Source: an uncultured Acidobacteriota bacterium
GTDB lineage: Bacteria > Acidobacteriota > Thermoanaerobaculia > UBA5066 > Gp7-AA6
Assembly: GCA_963710945.1 (NCBI GenBank)
Contig: CAVQCH010000005.1
Coordinates: 84,135-148,134, forward strand
Direction of reading: 5' to 3'
DNA: 64,000 nt
In this document: in pieces, positions 8,367 through 17,943 of the stretch
Position numbering within the stretch: position 1 is the stretch's first letter
Layout of the letters: each line of letters begins with the position of its first letter
Made by a program: the position numbers and the translations under genes
The notes under the pieces: generated by a model
Told to the model about the DNA's origin: nothing
What the model saw: only the letters and a program-made list of their open reading frames with translations
The model's database searches: none

Positions 8367-10937
8367 ATGGCTAAGTCCATCGTCATCGTCGAGTCGCCCG
8401 CCAAGGCGAAGACCCTCGAGAAGTTCCTCGGCAAGGACTTCAAGGTCCTCGCCTCCTACGGCCACGTCCGCGACCTGCCCCGCAAGGGCCTCGGCGTGGA
8501 CCGCGAGCACAACTACAAGCCGACCTACGAGCTGCTCGTCGGCAAAGAGAAGACGATCAACGAGCTCAAGAAGGCCGCCAAGTCCGCCGACAACGTTTAC
8601 CTCGCGGCCGACCCGGATCGCGAGGGCGAGGCGATCTCCTGGCACCTGCAGGAAGCCTTGAAGCCCGGCGCCGGCAAGACGGTCTTCAAGCGCGTCCGCT
8701 TCAACGAGATCACCAAGAAGGCGGTCCTCGCGGCCATGGAGGACGCGGGGGAGATCGACGCGCGGCGCGTGGACGCGCAGCAGGCGCGGCGCATCATCGA
8801 CCGGCTCGTCGGCTACGAGGTCTCGGATCTCTTGTGGAAGAAAGTCTGGCGGGGCCTTTCCGCCGGACGCGTCCAGACGGTCGCGCTGCGGATCATCTGC
8901 GAGCGCGAGGACGAGATCGAGGCCTTCGTTCCCGTCGAGTACTGGACGCTCGACGCCGCCCTCGAGGGCAAGACGCCCCCGGGCTTCACCGCGCGGCTGT
9001 CGTCCTTCGACGGAGAGAAGCTCAAGTTCGACGGATCCGACCCGAGGCTCGCGGACGAGGCCGCCGCGGCGCGCGTGCGCGACGACGTGGCCGGCGCGAC
9101 CTGGAAAGTCGCTTCGGTCGAATCCTCCGAGAGGCGCAAGAACCCGGCGCCCCCGTTCATCACGTCGCAGCTCCAGCAGGCCGCGGCGCGGCGCCTCGGG
9201 TTCGCGGTGCGGCGGACCATGCAGATCGCCCAGCGGCTCTACGAGGGCCGCGAGATCCCGGGGCGCGGTACGGTCGGCCTCATCACGTACATGCGCACCG
9301 ACTCGACCCGCGTGTCGCAGGAGGCGCTGACCTCGGTCCGCGAGCACATCGGCGCGCAATTCGGAAAGGATTCGCTGCCGGAGTCGCCGCGCTTCTTCAA
9401 GAGCCGCCGGGACACGCAGGATGCGCACGAAGCGATCCGCCCGACGTACCTCGACCTGCCTCCCGAAGAGGTCGCCAAACACCTCGCTCCCGACGAGGCG
9501 AAGCTCTACCGCCTCATCTGGCAGCGGTTCGTCGCGTCGCAGATGTCCCCGGCCGTCTACGACACGACGTCGGCCGAGATCACCGCCGGCCGCGCCGTAT
9601 ACCGCGCCTCGGGCTCGACGCTGAAGTTCCCGGGCTACCTGGCCGCCTACGGGATCTCCGACGAGGACGAGGAGGAGACGGACAAGGATTCGCCGAAGCT
9701 GCCGCCGCTGACGCAGGGCGAGACGCTCAAGCTCGTCGCCGTCACGCCCGAGAAGAAGGAGACGCAGCCGCCGCCGCGCTTCAACGAGGCGTCGCTCGTG
9801 AAGTTCCTCGAGGAAAACGGGATCGGGCGCCCCTCGACGTACGCCGAAATCCTGCGCAAGATCGAGGAGCGCCGCTACGTCCACCGCAAGGACCGCCGCT
9901 TCATCCCGACCGCGCTCGGGCGCACGGTGATCGAGCTGCTGATCCCGTACTTCGACGACTTCTTCGAGACCTCCTACACGGCCCGCATGGAGGAGGCGCT
10001 CGACGAGGTCGAGGAGGGCAAGCTCTCCTGGACGAAGGCGCTCTCCGAGTTCGACAAGACGTTTACCCGCGACAGGAACCGCGCCCTCGAAGGCATGGTC
10101 TCGGGCAAGGCCGGGATTCCTCTGGCGCAGGCGAAGAAGCTCGAGCTCTCGGTCGTGCCCGCGATCGACGAGAAGTGCCCGCAGTGCGGCAAGAAGCTCA
10201 AGCTGCGGATGGGAAAGAACGGCCTCTTCGTGGCCTGCAGCGGGTATCCGAGCTGCACCTACACGCTGAACATCCCCGATCCCGAGGAAGACGTCGTCGA
10301 CGTTTCGGACATCGAGAACACGACGTGCGACGAATGCGGCTCGCCGATGAAGCTGCGCCAGAGCCGCACGGGCTCGACCTTCCTCGGCTGCACCGCGTAC
10401 CCGAAGTGCCGAAACGTCGTCAACGTCGCGGTGGCCGGAGGCAAGGCCGAGGCGCGGCCCGACGAGCCGACGGGCGAGACCTGCCCGCGCTGCGGCAACG
10501 GTCTCGTGCGGCGCCACGGCCGCTTCGGCGCGTACGTCTCCTGCTCGAACTATCCGGCGTGCAAGTACAAGCCCCCCAAGCCGATCAAGGACACGGGCGT
10601 GCGCTGTCCCAAGGACGGCGGCATCATCGCGGAGCGGCGGGGAAGATTCCGGCCGTTCTACGGCTGCGTCAACTACCCGAACTGCGACTTCTCGCTCTCG
10701 GTGCGGCCGATCCCGGAGAAGTGCCCCCAGTGCGGCAACCCGTACCTGCTCTTCCGCGAGAGAAAATCGGGCAACGTCTTCGCGTGCGACAAGGCCGGGT
10801 GCGGGTTCGAGAAGCCGGCGGGGGAGCTGCCGCCGATCGTCGAGATCGTTCCCGAAGCGCCGCCCGACGTCCCCGGCCCCGTGATCGCCGCCGCGGCCGC
10901 CAGGAAGCCCCGCGCCCGCCGCGCCGCCAAGGCGTAG
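8367..10937 (+). CDS. topA: DNA topoisomerase I
   Basis: 856 aa. TOPRIM 'IVESPAKAKT', active-site region 'ITYMRTDSTR', and several C-terminal C4 zinc ribbons ('CPQCGKKL...CSGYPSC', 'CDECGSPM', 'CPRCGNGL', 'CPQCGNPY'). Confidence 0.95.
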   Translation: MAKSIVIVESPAKAKTLEKFLGKDFKVLASYGHVRDLPRKGLGVDREHNYKPTYELLVGKEKTINELKKAAKSADNVYLAADPDREGEAISWHLQEALKPGAGKTVFKRVRFNEITKKAVLAAMEDAGEIDARRVDAQQARRIIDRLVGYEVSDLLWKKVWRGLSAGRVQTVALRIICEREDEIEAFVPVEYWTLDAALEGKTPPGFTARLSSFDGEKLKFDGSDPRLADEAAAARVRDDVAGATWKVASVESSERRKNPAPPFITSQLQQAAARRLGFAVRRTMQIAQRLYEGREIPGRGTVGLITYMRTDSTRVSQEALTSVREHIGAQFGKDSLPESPRFFKSRRDTQDAHEAIRPTYLDLPPEEVAKHLAPDEAKLYRLIWQRFVASQMSPAVYDTTSAEITAGRAVYRASGSTLKFPGYLAAYGISDEDEEETDKDSPKLPPLTQGETLKLVAVTPEKKETQPPPRFNEASLVKFLEENGIGRPSTYAEILRKIEERRYVHRKDRRFIPTALGRTVIELLIPYFDDFFETSYTARMEEALDEVEEGKLSWTKALSEFDKTFTRDRNRALEGMVSGKAGIPLAQAKKLELSVVPAIDEKCPQCGKKLKLRMGKNGLFVACSGYPSCTYTLNIPDPEEDVVDVSDIENTTCDECGSPMKLRQSRTGSTFLGCTAYPKCRNVVNVAVAGGKAEARPDEPTGETCPRCGNGLVRRHGRFGAYVSCSNYPACKYKPPKPIKDTGVRCPKDGGIIAERRGRFRPFYGCVNYPNCDFSLSVRPIPEKCPQCGNPYLLFRERKSGNVFACDKAGCGFEKPAGELPPIVEIVPEAPPDVPGPVIAAAAARKPRARRAAKA

Positions 10938-10963
10938 GGCGCGCGGTCGCGAGCGACCGGCGC

Positions 10964-11389
10964 GTGAAGGCGCCCTGGGAGAAATTCTCGCTTCCCTCCG
11001 GCGCCGCGGCCTACGCCTCGGGCGGCTCGGCCGAGTTCGTGCGGACCATGCGGGAAGTCTTCGGCCCTCTCGTCGAGCGCGTGGACGCCTTTCCGGCCGG
11101 TCGCCACGCGTGGCTGATGACCGAGATCCCGCCGGAGGGCTCGCTGTCGGCCTTCTTCCGGGGCCTCGAGCCGCTTCTCGAGCCCGCGGGATCGCTCTGG
11201 GTGGTCTTCCCGAAGAAGCCGTTCATGGAGGAGCTCGAATTCCCGTACCTCTGGCTGGACGTGCAGAAGGCCGGCCTCGCGGCCGGGCTCGTGGACAACA
11301 AGATCGCGGCCTTCTCGCCGCGCCTGACCTCGATCCGCTTCGTCATCCCGGTGGCCCGCCGCCTGAAGGCCGCGACGGGCCGGCCCTGA
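10964..11389 (+). CDS. hypothetical protein, DUF3052-like
   Basis: GTG at 10964 in the frame that ends at 11389. 'GSLWVVFPKK...GLVDNKIAAFSPRLTSIRFVI' resembles the DUF3052 pattern as I recall it. Start uncertain. Confidence 0.5.
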   Translation: MKAPWEKFSLPSGAAAYASGGSAEFVRTMREVFGPLVERVDAFPAGRHAWLMTEIPPEGSLSAFFRGLEPLLEPAGSLWVVFPKKPFMEELEFPYLWLDVQKAGLAAGLVDNKIAAFSPRLTSIRFVIPVARRLKAATGRP

Positions 11390-11411
11390 GCCCTTACAAT
11401 CGGCCGCTCGA

Positions 11412-12752
11412 ATGAGCGAAACCACCGTCACGATCGTCGGCGCGGGCCTGGCCGGCTCCGAGTGCGCCTGGCAGCTCGCCCGGCGCGGTCACCGCGTCCG
11501 GCTCGTCGAGATGCGCCCGGCGGTCGGCACCTCCGCCCACCAGACGGACCGCTGCGCCGAGCTCGTGTGCTCGAACTCGTTCCGCTCCGACAACCCGCGC
11601 AACGCCATCGGGCTGCTCAAGCGCGAGATGGAGGCGCTCGACTCGCTCGTCGTCCGCTCGGCGCGCGCCGCGGCGGTTCCCGCCGGCGACGCCCTGGCGA
11701 TGGACCGGACCGTCTTCGCGGACCTCGTGACCGAGGCCATCGCCTCGCGCCCCGAGATCACGCTCGTGCGCGAAGAGGCGCGGCGGATTCCGGCCGAAGG
11801 CTTCGTCGTGCTGGCGACCGGGCCCCTGACCTCGCCGGCGCTCGATCGGGAGATCGGGGCCCTGCTCGGCACCGAGGACCTCTACTTCTACGACTCCATG
11901 GCGCCGATCGTCGAGGCGTCGTCGCTCGACTTCTCGAAGATGTACGCGCTCTCGCGCTACGGCAAGGGGGACGGGGCGGACTACTGGAACTGCCCCCTCT
12001 CGCGCGACGAGTACGAGCGCTTTCTCGACGCCCTGCTCGCGGGCGAGACCGTCCCGATCAAGGACTTCGAGAAGGGCGTCTACTTCGAGGGGTGCCTGCC
12101 GATCGAGGTCATGGCCGAGCGCGGGCGCGAGACGCTGCGGCACGGCCCGATGAAACCGATGGGCCTTCCGGACCCGCGCACCGGCCGCAACCCGTGGGCC
12201 GTCGTCCAGCTGCGGCAGGACGACCTGGCGAAGGAGCACTACAACCTCGTCGGCTTCCAGACGAAGCTCAAGATAGCCGAGCAGCAGCGGGTCTTCCGGA
12301 TGATTCCCGGCCTCGAGAACGCCGCCTTCGCGCGCTACGGCATGCTCCACCGGAACACCTACATCCATGCGCCCGCGCACCTCGACCGCTTCTGGCGGAT
12401 GCGCCGCGAGCCCCGCATCTTCTTCGCCGGACAGATCACCGGCGTCGAGGGCTACGTCGAGAGCGCGGCGACGGGACTGTCCGTGGGCCTGACGCTCGCG
12501 CAGATCCTCGAGGGCCGCGAGCCCGTGCCGGTGCCGTACACGACGGCGATCGGATCGCTCGCGCGGCACTGCTCCGAGCGGCCGCCGTCGGAGAAGTTCG
12601 AGCCGATGAACGTGACCTTCGGCCTGATCGAGGATTCGTCGCACTCGCCGGTGCGCGACAAGCAGGTCCGACGGCAGCAGATGGTGGACCGCGCGCTCGC
12701 GGCGATCGGGGAGTGGAAGAAGGAGATAGAGTCCGGCGTCGCCGTGTCGTAG
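11412..12752 (+). CDS. trmFO: methylenetetrahydrofolate--tRNA-(uracil-5-)-methyltransferase TrmFO
   Basis: 446 aa. FAD motif 'IVGAGLAGSECAWQLA', 'ELVCSNSFRSD', 'FFAGQITGVEGYVESAATG'. Confidence 0.93.
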   Translation: MSETTVTIVGAGLAGSECAWQLARRGHRVRLVEMRPAVGTSAHQTDRCAELVCSNSFRSDNPRNAIGLLKREMEALDSLVVRSARAAAVPAGDALAMDRTVFADLVTEAIASRPEITLVREEARRIPAEGFVVLATGPLTSPALDREIGALLGTEDLYFYDSMAPIVEASSLDFSKMYALSRYGKGDGADYWNCPLSRDEYERFLDALLAGETVPIKDFEKGVYFEGCLPIEVMAERGRETLRHGPMKPMGLPDPRTGRNPWAVVQLRQDDLAKEHYNLVGFQTKLKIAEQQRVFRMIPGLENAAFARYGMLHRNTYIHAPAHLDRFWRMRREPRIFFAGQITGVEGYVESAATGLSVGLTLAQILEGREPVPVPYTTAIGSLARHCSERPPSEKFEPMNVTFGLIEDSSHSPVRDKQVRRQQMVDRALAAIGEWKKEIESGVAVS

Positions 12753-12806
12753 GGGCGGCCCTTGCGGCCGCCCGCGGGCGGGGACAAGCCCCGCCCCTAC
12801 GGCCCG
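12749..12806 (+). repeat. REP-like double-hairpin element, family 1, copy 1
   Basis: GTAGGGGCGGCC-CTTGC-GGCCGCCC GC GGGCGGGG-ACAA-GCCCCGCCCCTAC. Two stem-loops inside an outer GTAGGGG/CCCCTAC stem. Overlaps the trmFO stop codon. Confidence 0.85.
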
Positions 12807-12828
12807 GATTTTGTACGAGGGGAATTCC

Positions 12829-13794
12829 ATGCTGACGTGGGGAGACATCGAAGCCGCGAAAAAGCGCCTCGCGGGAGTCGCGCACCGCACGCCCGTCCTC
12901 ACCTCGCGGCAGTTCGACGAGGCGGCGGGCGCGACGGTCTTCTTCAAGGCCGAGAACCTCCAGCGCGGCGGCGCCTTCAAGTTCCGCGGCGCGTACAACA
13001 AGATCAAGGCCGAGACGGAGCGGCAGAAAGTCGGCGCCGTCGTCGCGTTCTCCTCCGGCAACCACGCGCAGGCCGTGGCGCTCGTCTCGCGGCTGCTCGG
13101 GATCCGGGCGACGGTCGTCATGCCGACCGACGCGCCGCAGTCGAAGATCGACGCGACGCGCGCGTACGGCGCCGAGGTCGTGCTGTACGACCGCGCCACG
13201 CAGAGCCGCGACGATCTGGCCGAGGAGATCTGCCGCGAGCGCGGCGCCGTGCTCGTGCCGCCCTTCGACGACGAGCTCGTCATGGCGGGCCAGGCCACCG
13301 GCGCGGTGGAGCTGCTCGAAGACGTGCCGGATCTCGACGCCATCGTCGTCTGCGTGTCGGGCGGCGGGCTGATCGGCGGCTGGGCGACGGCGGCGCGGCA
13401 CCTCCGTCCCGGCATCACCGTGTACGGCGCCGAGCCCGCCTCGGCCGACGATACGAAGCGCTCGCTCGCGGCCGGCCATCGCGTCGAGGTCCCCGAGAAC
13501 CCCACGATCGCCGACGGCCTGCGGGTGACCTCGCCCGGCAAGCTCACGTTCCCGATCGTCCAGCAGGCGGTCAAGGACATCCTGCTCGTCTCCGACGACG
13601 AGATGATCGAGACCCTCACGTGGATGCTCGAGCGGATGAAGGTCCTCGTCGAGCCCTCGGGAGCCGCCGCGGCGGCCGCCGTGCGGCACCGGAAGGCGGA
13701 CTTCTCGGGCCAGCGCGTGGGCGTCGTGCTCTCCGGCGGCAACGTGGATCTCGCGAAACTCGCCGGATACATCGGGTCCCGGCGGCCCCTTTGA
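12829..13794 (+). CDS. PLP-dependent threonine/serine dehydratase family protein (serine racemase / threo-3-hydroxyaspartate ammonia-lyase-like)
   Basis: 'FFKAENLQRGGAFKFRGAYN' (PLP-lysine motif) and 'SSGNHAQAVA'. ATG at 12829 follows GAGGGG. The ORF track starts at a TTG at 12811. Confidence 0.85.
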   Translation: MLTWGDIEAAKKRLAGVAHRTPVLTSRQFDEAAGATVFFKAENLQRGGAFKFRGAYNKIKAETERQKVGAVVAFSSGNHAQAVALVSRLLGIRATVVMPTDAPQSKIDATRAYGAEVVLYDRATQSRDDLAEEICRERGAVLVPPFDDELVMAGQATGAVELLEDVPDLDAIVVCVSGGGLIGGWATAARHLRPGITVYGAEPASADDTKRSLAAGHRVEVPENPTIADGLRVTSPGKLTFPIVQQAVKDILLVSDDEMIETLTWMLERMKVLVEPSGAAAAAAVRHRKADFSGQRVGVVLSGGNVDLAKLAGYIGSRRPL

Positions 13795-13844
13795 GGTTCC
13801 TAAAGTTCGACAGGCGGGCGCCCGGCTCGGCTAAAAAGCTCCTC

Positions 13845-14441
13845 GTGAGCGCGAGCCTGGCCGCTTCCTTCCTGTTTCCCGCCGCGTCCGGGTGCCGGCC
13901 GCGCGAGCGGGCCGCCGCCGGCTCGACCCGGCCCGAGCCGAACATGGCCATCGCGGTCGGCGACGCCGTCCCCGATTTCGCGCTGACCGACCAGACGGGC
14001 CAGACCGTGCGGATGTCGTCCTTCCGCGGCGCGCCCGTCGCCCTGACCTTCGCCTATACGCGGTGCCCGGACGCGACGGCCTGTCCGATGACGATGGCGA
14101 AATTCGCGAAGCTGAACGCGGCGCTCGCCGGGAAGAACCTCGGGACGCTTCTCGTCGTCACGGTGGATCCCGAGAACGACACGCCCGCGGTGCTCGCCGA
14201 CTTTGCCAAACGGATCGGCGCCGACCCGGCGCGCTGGAAGTTCCTGACCGGCGACCCGCGCGCGGTCGCCCGGGTGGCCGAGAAATTCGGCGTTCTCTAC
14301 TACCCCGAGCGCGGGCAGATCATGCACCAGCAGGCCGTCGCCGTCGTCGACCCCGAGGGGCGGCTGGCGACGATCACCTACGGTTCGGACTGGGAGCCCG
14401 AACAGATAGTCCAGGACCTGGAGAAAGCGAGGAAAGGATGA
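13845..14441 (+). CDS. SCO1/SenC-family thioredoxin-like copper chaperone
   Basis: 'VALTFAYTRCPDATACPMT' Cys pair, 'LVVTVDPENDTP', 'FLTGD'. Signal/lipoprotein-like 'ASFLFPAASGC'. Start (GTG 13845) uncertain. Confidence 0.75.
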   Translation: MSASLAASFLFPAASGCRPRERAAAGSTRPEPNMAIAVGDAVPDFALTDQTGQTVRMSSFRGAPVALTFAYTRCPDATACPMTMAKFAKLNAALAGKNLGTLLVVTVDPENDTPAVLADFAKRIGADPARWKFLTGDPRAVARVAEKFGVLYYPERGQIMHQQAVAVVDPEGRLATITYGSDWEPEQIVQDLEKARKG

Positions 14442-14776
14442 AGCGGACCCGCATTCTGGCCGGCCTCGTCTTCGGCGCGATCGGAGGACTCGGCGTGGCG
14501 CTCTTTGCCGCGGAGAGACAGCCCTCCGAGCTGTACATGAAGTACTGCGCCAAGTGCCACGGGGAGGACGGCAAGGCGGACACGGCCAAGGGAAAGCAGC
14601 TCATGGCCCGCAAATTCGCCGACACCGAATGGCAGTCGGGCGAATCGAACGCCGATCTGATCAAGTCCGTCACCGAGGGCAAGGAGGACATGCCGCCCTT
14701 CGGCAAGAAGCTGACCGCGGAGCAGATCGAGAGCCTCGTGAAGAACGACGTGCGGAGCTTCGCGAAGAAGGACTAG
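14438..14776 (+). CDS. c-type cytochrome (monohaem)
   Basis: ATG overlaps the SCO stop (ATGA). Signal anchor 'ILAGLVFGAIGGLGVALFA', haem motif 'CAKCHG', distal 'MPPFG'. Confidence 0.8.
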   Translation: MKRTRILAGLVFGAIGGLGVALFAAERQPSELYMKYCAKCHGEDGKADTAKGKQLMARKFADTEWQSGESNADLIKSVTEGKEDMPPFGKKLTAEQIESLVKNDVRSFAKKD

Positions 14777-15585
14777 ACCCCCTTTCGCAGCCGGGCGAGC
14801 ACCGCGGCGGCGTCGTTCTCGACGAGCGGCAGCCGGGGACGCTCCGCGGCAACGTCGCTCCACTCGCGCGCTTCGTAATCGGCCACGATCCGGTCGAAGT
14901 CCTCGGCCAGGCGGCGCGAGGACGGATCCAGGCGGGTGACGACGCCGAGCCCGGTCGGGTACGCCGGGATCACGAAGACGTCGAGGTCGGGGCGATGCCG
15001 CGCCAGGATCGGGACGATCTTCCAGACGTCGCCGGTCCAGAAGCCGGTGGCGCGCGCGCGGCTCGAGGTCGCGCGATCGAGCGGCAGGCAATCGTGGAAC
15101 AGCACGACCGAGTCGCGCGCGGCGAAGCGCTCGACGTGCATGAAGTCGCGCAGGGCCTGCTCGAAGAGGTGCAGCCCGTCCACGAAGGCAAGAGCGATGG
15201 TCCCGCCGAGCCGGGCCGCCACGTCGGGCGCCGCGAAGAAGGCGTCGCTCGTCTCGGCGTGGATCCGCGTCGTGGCGGCGAAGCGCCGTACCGCCGCCCC
15301 CGCCGGGTCCACGCCGATGGCGAGCGTCGGCGGCCGGGCCAGCGAAAGCGTCCGGCCCGCGTCCACGCCGATCTCGACGTAGATCGCCGGCACAAGCGTC
15401 TCGTGGAACCTCGCGAGCCAGGCGAGGTAGTCGTCGCCCGGCAGGGTCGCCCGCGCCAGGCAGACGTGGGCCGCGAGGCAATCCGCGTCGAGCGCGAGCG
15501 CGCGCCGGCACGCGGCGATCGCCTCGGCCGCGCGCCCCTCGGCGAGCAGCGCCTGCGCCGCCGCGGCCTCTTGTGCTGCCGACAT
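14773..15585 (-). CDS. class I SAM-dependent methyltransferase (Methyltransf_24-like) with a short N-terminal TPR-like helix pair
   Basis: 270 aa. 'YVEIGVDAGRT', 'AFVDGLHLFEQALRDF', 'VVLFHD'. Confidence 0.7.
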   Translation of the reverse strand: MSAAQEAAAAQALLAEGRAAEAIAACRRALALDADCLAAHVCLARATLPGDDYLAWLARFHETLVPAIYVEIGVDAGRTLSLARPPTLAIGVDPAGAAVRRFAATTRIHAETSDAFFAAPDVAARLGGTIALAFVDGLHLFEQALRDFMHVERFAARDSVVLFHDCLPLDRATSSRARATGFWTGDVWKIVPILARHRPDLDVFVIPAYPTGLGVVTRLDPSSRRLAEDFDRIVADYEAREWSDVAAERPRLPLVENDAAAVLARLRKGV

Positions 15586-15599
15586 GGTCTGCCCTCGTC

Positions 15600-15659
15600 C
15601 GGGCCGTAGGGGAGGGGCTTGCCCCGCCCGCGGGCGGCCGCAAGGGCCGCCCCTACGGC
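15600..15659 (-). repeat. REP-like double-hairpin element, family 1, copy 2 (reverse orientation)
   Basis: Its reverse complement matches copy 1 almost base for base (GTAGGGGCGGCCCTTGCGGCCGCCCGCGGGCGGGGCAAGCCCCTCCCCTAC). It lies just 3' of the DUF1015 gene on the minus strand. Confidence 0.85.
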
Positions 15660-15664
15660 ACGCC

Positions 15665-16936
15665 CTAGTAGACGGGCTCCGCCAGCGAGACGCCGAAGAT
15701 GCCCGAGTACATCTTCGGGAAGAAGTGCGTGGACTTCTGCGGCAGCCGGTCGCCCGCCGAGACGACGGCTTCGACGTCGGAGACCGTGGTCGGTCGCATG
15801 AGGACCGCCGCCTGCGCCTCCTTCTTCTCGACCGCCGCGATGGCCGAGGCGGCGTCGGATGTGAACGAGACGTGCTCGCCGCGGGCGATCGCCGCGGGGT
15901 CGATCCCGAGCAGCCTGCCGAAGAGGGCGACCTCGAGGGCCGCCACGTCGAGGCCCTTCCAGGCCGCCGAGCGGCCCTCCGGCCAGGGGAGGGGCGCCGC
16001 GTCGGCGCGCAGCGTCAGCAGCACCGGGCGCGCGGGCGGGGCGTGGAGCACGAAGGCGGGGCGGATGCGCGAGTGGATCTCGAGAGCCTCGAGCGCCTCG
16101 TTCGGCGAGCCGTATTCGACGACGTCGAAGTAGTCCTTTGCCGCGGCGAAGAGCCGCGGGAGGCTCCCGTCGGGCAGGCCCGAAAGCAGGCGATGGATCG
16201 GCCGGACGACGAGGCCCGGCGAGGCCATGTCCACGATCGCGCAGAGCTTGTAGCGCGCGCCCGGCAGCTTCTCGGCCGCGGGGTCCTTCGAGAACGCGAG
16301 CGCGGTCTCGTAGCGGTGGTGCCCGTCGGCGATGACGGCCTCCGCGTTCTTGACGAGGCCCTGCAGCTCGACGTGCGCGGCGTAGTCGGAGATCCGGAAG
16401 GCGTCGTGACGCACGCCGTCCGGGTCGGTCGCCGAAAGTTGCGCCACGCGGCGCGTGGAGAGCGCGGCCGACAGGGGCGCGCGCGTCATCAGGAAGACGA
16501 GCTCGAGGTCGGCCTTCGTCGCGGAGAGAAGCGCCAGCCGATCCTCCTTGGGCTTGGACAGCGTGCGCTCGTGCGGGCGGATGACGCCCTGTTCGTACTC
16601 CGCGAGGCGGACGAGGCCGACGAGGGCGTCGCGGACGAACGTCTGGCCGCCCTCCGAAAAGGTCTGGCGGTAGATCCAGAGCGCGGGCCGGCGCTCCATC
16701 TCGAGGGTGCCGTCGGCGAGCCAGTCGCCGAGCGTCTTCGCGGCGCCGGCGTACGGGTCCTCGCCGTCCTTCCGGCGGCACGTGATGCGGACGATGTTCT
16801 CGGGCGCCGACGCGTAGAGGCGCTCCTGGCCGAGCGGCGAGATCTGGTCGTAGGGAGGCGCGAAGACGGCCGAGAGGCCGCGCGCCTTCAGGACGCGCGG
16901 CGAGAAGCGAATCGAGCGAAACGGTCGCAGTTCCAT
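15665..16936 (-). CDS. DUF1015 domain-containing protein
   Basis: 423 aa. N-terminus 'MELRPFRSIRFSP...VFAPPYDQIS' and 'ADGHHRYETA' match the DUF1015 pattern as I recall it. Confidence 0.8.
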   Translation of the reverse strand: MELRPFRSIRFSPRVLKARGLSAVFAPPYDQISPLGQERLYASAPENIVRITCRRKDGEDPYAGAAKTLGDWLADGTLEMERRPALWIYRQTFSEGGQTFVRDALVGLVRLAEYEQGVIRPHERTLSKPKEDRLALLSATKADLELVFLMTRAPLSAALSTRRVAQLSATDPDGVRHDAFRISDYAAHVELQGLVKNAEAVIADGHHRYETALAFSKDPAAEKLPGARYKLCAIVDMASPGLVVRPIHRLLSGLPDGSLPRLFAAAKDYFDVVEYGSPNEALEALEIHSRIRPAFVLHAPPARPVLLTLRADAAPLPWPEGRSAAWKGLDVAALEVALFGRLLGIDPAAIARGEHVSFTSDAASAIAAVEKKEAQAAVLMRPTTVSDVEAVVSAGDRLPQKSTHFFPKMYSGIFGVSLAEPVY

Positions 16937-17009
16937 GGGCGGGGATTCTATGGCGGTCCGGGATGGCCCGGGCGTCGTCCCGACCCGACCGCGCTACACT
17001 GGAGTCCGC

Positions 17010-17939
17010 GTGATCTCGCTCTCCCGCGCCATCGACGGCTTCGAGCGGTACGTGGCCGACGAGCGGCGCTTCTCCCCGGCGACGGTGCTCGCCTATCGCA
17101 CGGACCTCGACCGGTTCGCCGACTTCTGGGAGCGGGAGTTCGCGCACGAGGGCGCCGGCAAGACCGCCCTGACGAAAGTCGACACGCTGGCGGTGCGCTC
17201 GTATCTCGCCGCGCTGCACCGGGCGCGCCTGGCCAATCGCTCGCTCGCTCGGCACCTTTCGACCCTGCGCTCCTTCTTTCGCTGGGCGTGCCGCGAGGGC
17301 CACCTCGAGAAGAACCCGGCCAAAGGCCTGCCGTCCCCGCGCGTCCCGAAGACCCTGCCTCGCGCGATGACCCTTCCGGACACCGAGAGGCTGCTCTCGG
17401 CCGACGACGGCGAAGTCTTCGTGCCCGAGCGGGAGCGGGCGCTCTTCGAGCTTCTCTACGCCACGGGCCTGCGCGTCTCGGAAGCGGCCGGGCTCGACTG
17501 CGAGGACGTGGATCTCTCGGCGCGCCTCCTGCGCGTGACGGGAAAGGGCAATCGCGAGCGGATCGTGCCCTTCGGCCAGACGGCGGCCGAGGCGCTCCGC
17601 GAGTACCTGCCTTCGCGCGCCGCCCTGCGGCATCGCGCCGCCGAGGAGGATGCCGGGGCCGGGGAGCCGCTCTTCGTCAACGCGCGCGGCGGACGGCTCA
17701 CGCCGCGCTCGATGGCGCGCCTGCTGAAGAGGCGCCTGCGCGCCGCGGGACTTCCGGCGGAAATTTCGCCGCACGCCCTGCGGCACACGTTCGCCACGCA
17801 TCTGCTGCAGGCGGGCGCGGACCTGCGCGCGATCCAGGAGCTTCTCGGCCACGCGTCGCTCTCGACGACGCAAAAGTACACGCATCTCGACGCGGCGAGG
17901 CTGCGCGAGGTGTACCGCAATGCGCATCCGAAGGCCTGA
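17010..17939 (+). CDS. xerC: tyrosine site-specific recombinase XerC/XerD
   Basis: GTG at 17010 after GGAG. 'ATGLRVSEAAGL', 'HALRHTFATHLL', 'LLGHASLSTTQKYTH' (R-H-R-Y catalytic set). Synteny with hslVU/dapF. Confidence 0.9.
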   Translation: MISLSRAIDGFERYVADERRFSPATVLAYRTDLDRFADFWEREFAHEGAGKTALTKVDTLAVRSYLAALHRARLANRSLARHLSTLRSFFRWACREGHLEKNPAKGLPSPRVPKTLPRAMTLPDTERLLSADDGEVFVPERERALFELLYATGLRVSEAAGLDCEDVDLSARLLRVTGKGNRERIVPFGQTAAEALREYLPSRAALRHRAAEEDAGAGEPLFVNARGGRLTPRSMARLLKRRLRAAGLPAEISPHALRHTFATHLLQAGADLRAIQELLGHASLSTTQKYTHLDAARLREVYRNAHPKA

Positions 17940-17943
17940 AATG

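Noticed and set aside
12829-13794. Two PLP-dependent dehydratase-family genes (here and at 57988-58899) as a possible recent duplication.
   Set aside because: Apart from the shared fold motifs, the two proteins differ throughout by eye. They are distant paralogues rather than a duplication event.
17010-17939. A tyrosine recombinase as a possible integrase marking a mobile element or genomic island.
   Set aside because: The sequence and length fit chromosomal XerC/XerD. It sits in conserved housekeeping synteny with hslVU and dapF. No flanking direct repeats, tRNA target or cargo-like genes were seen.
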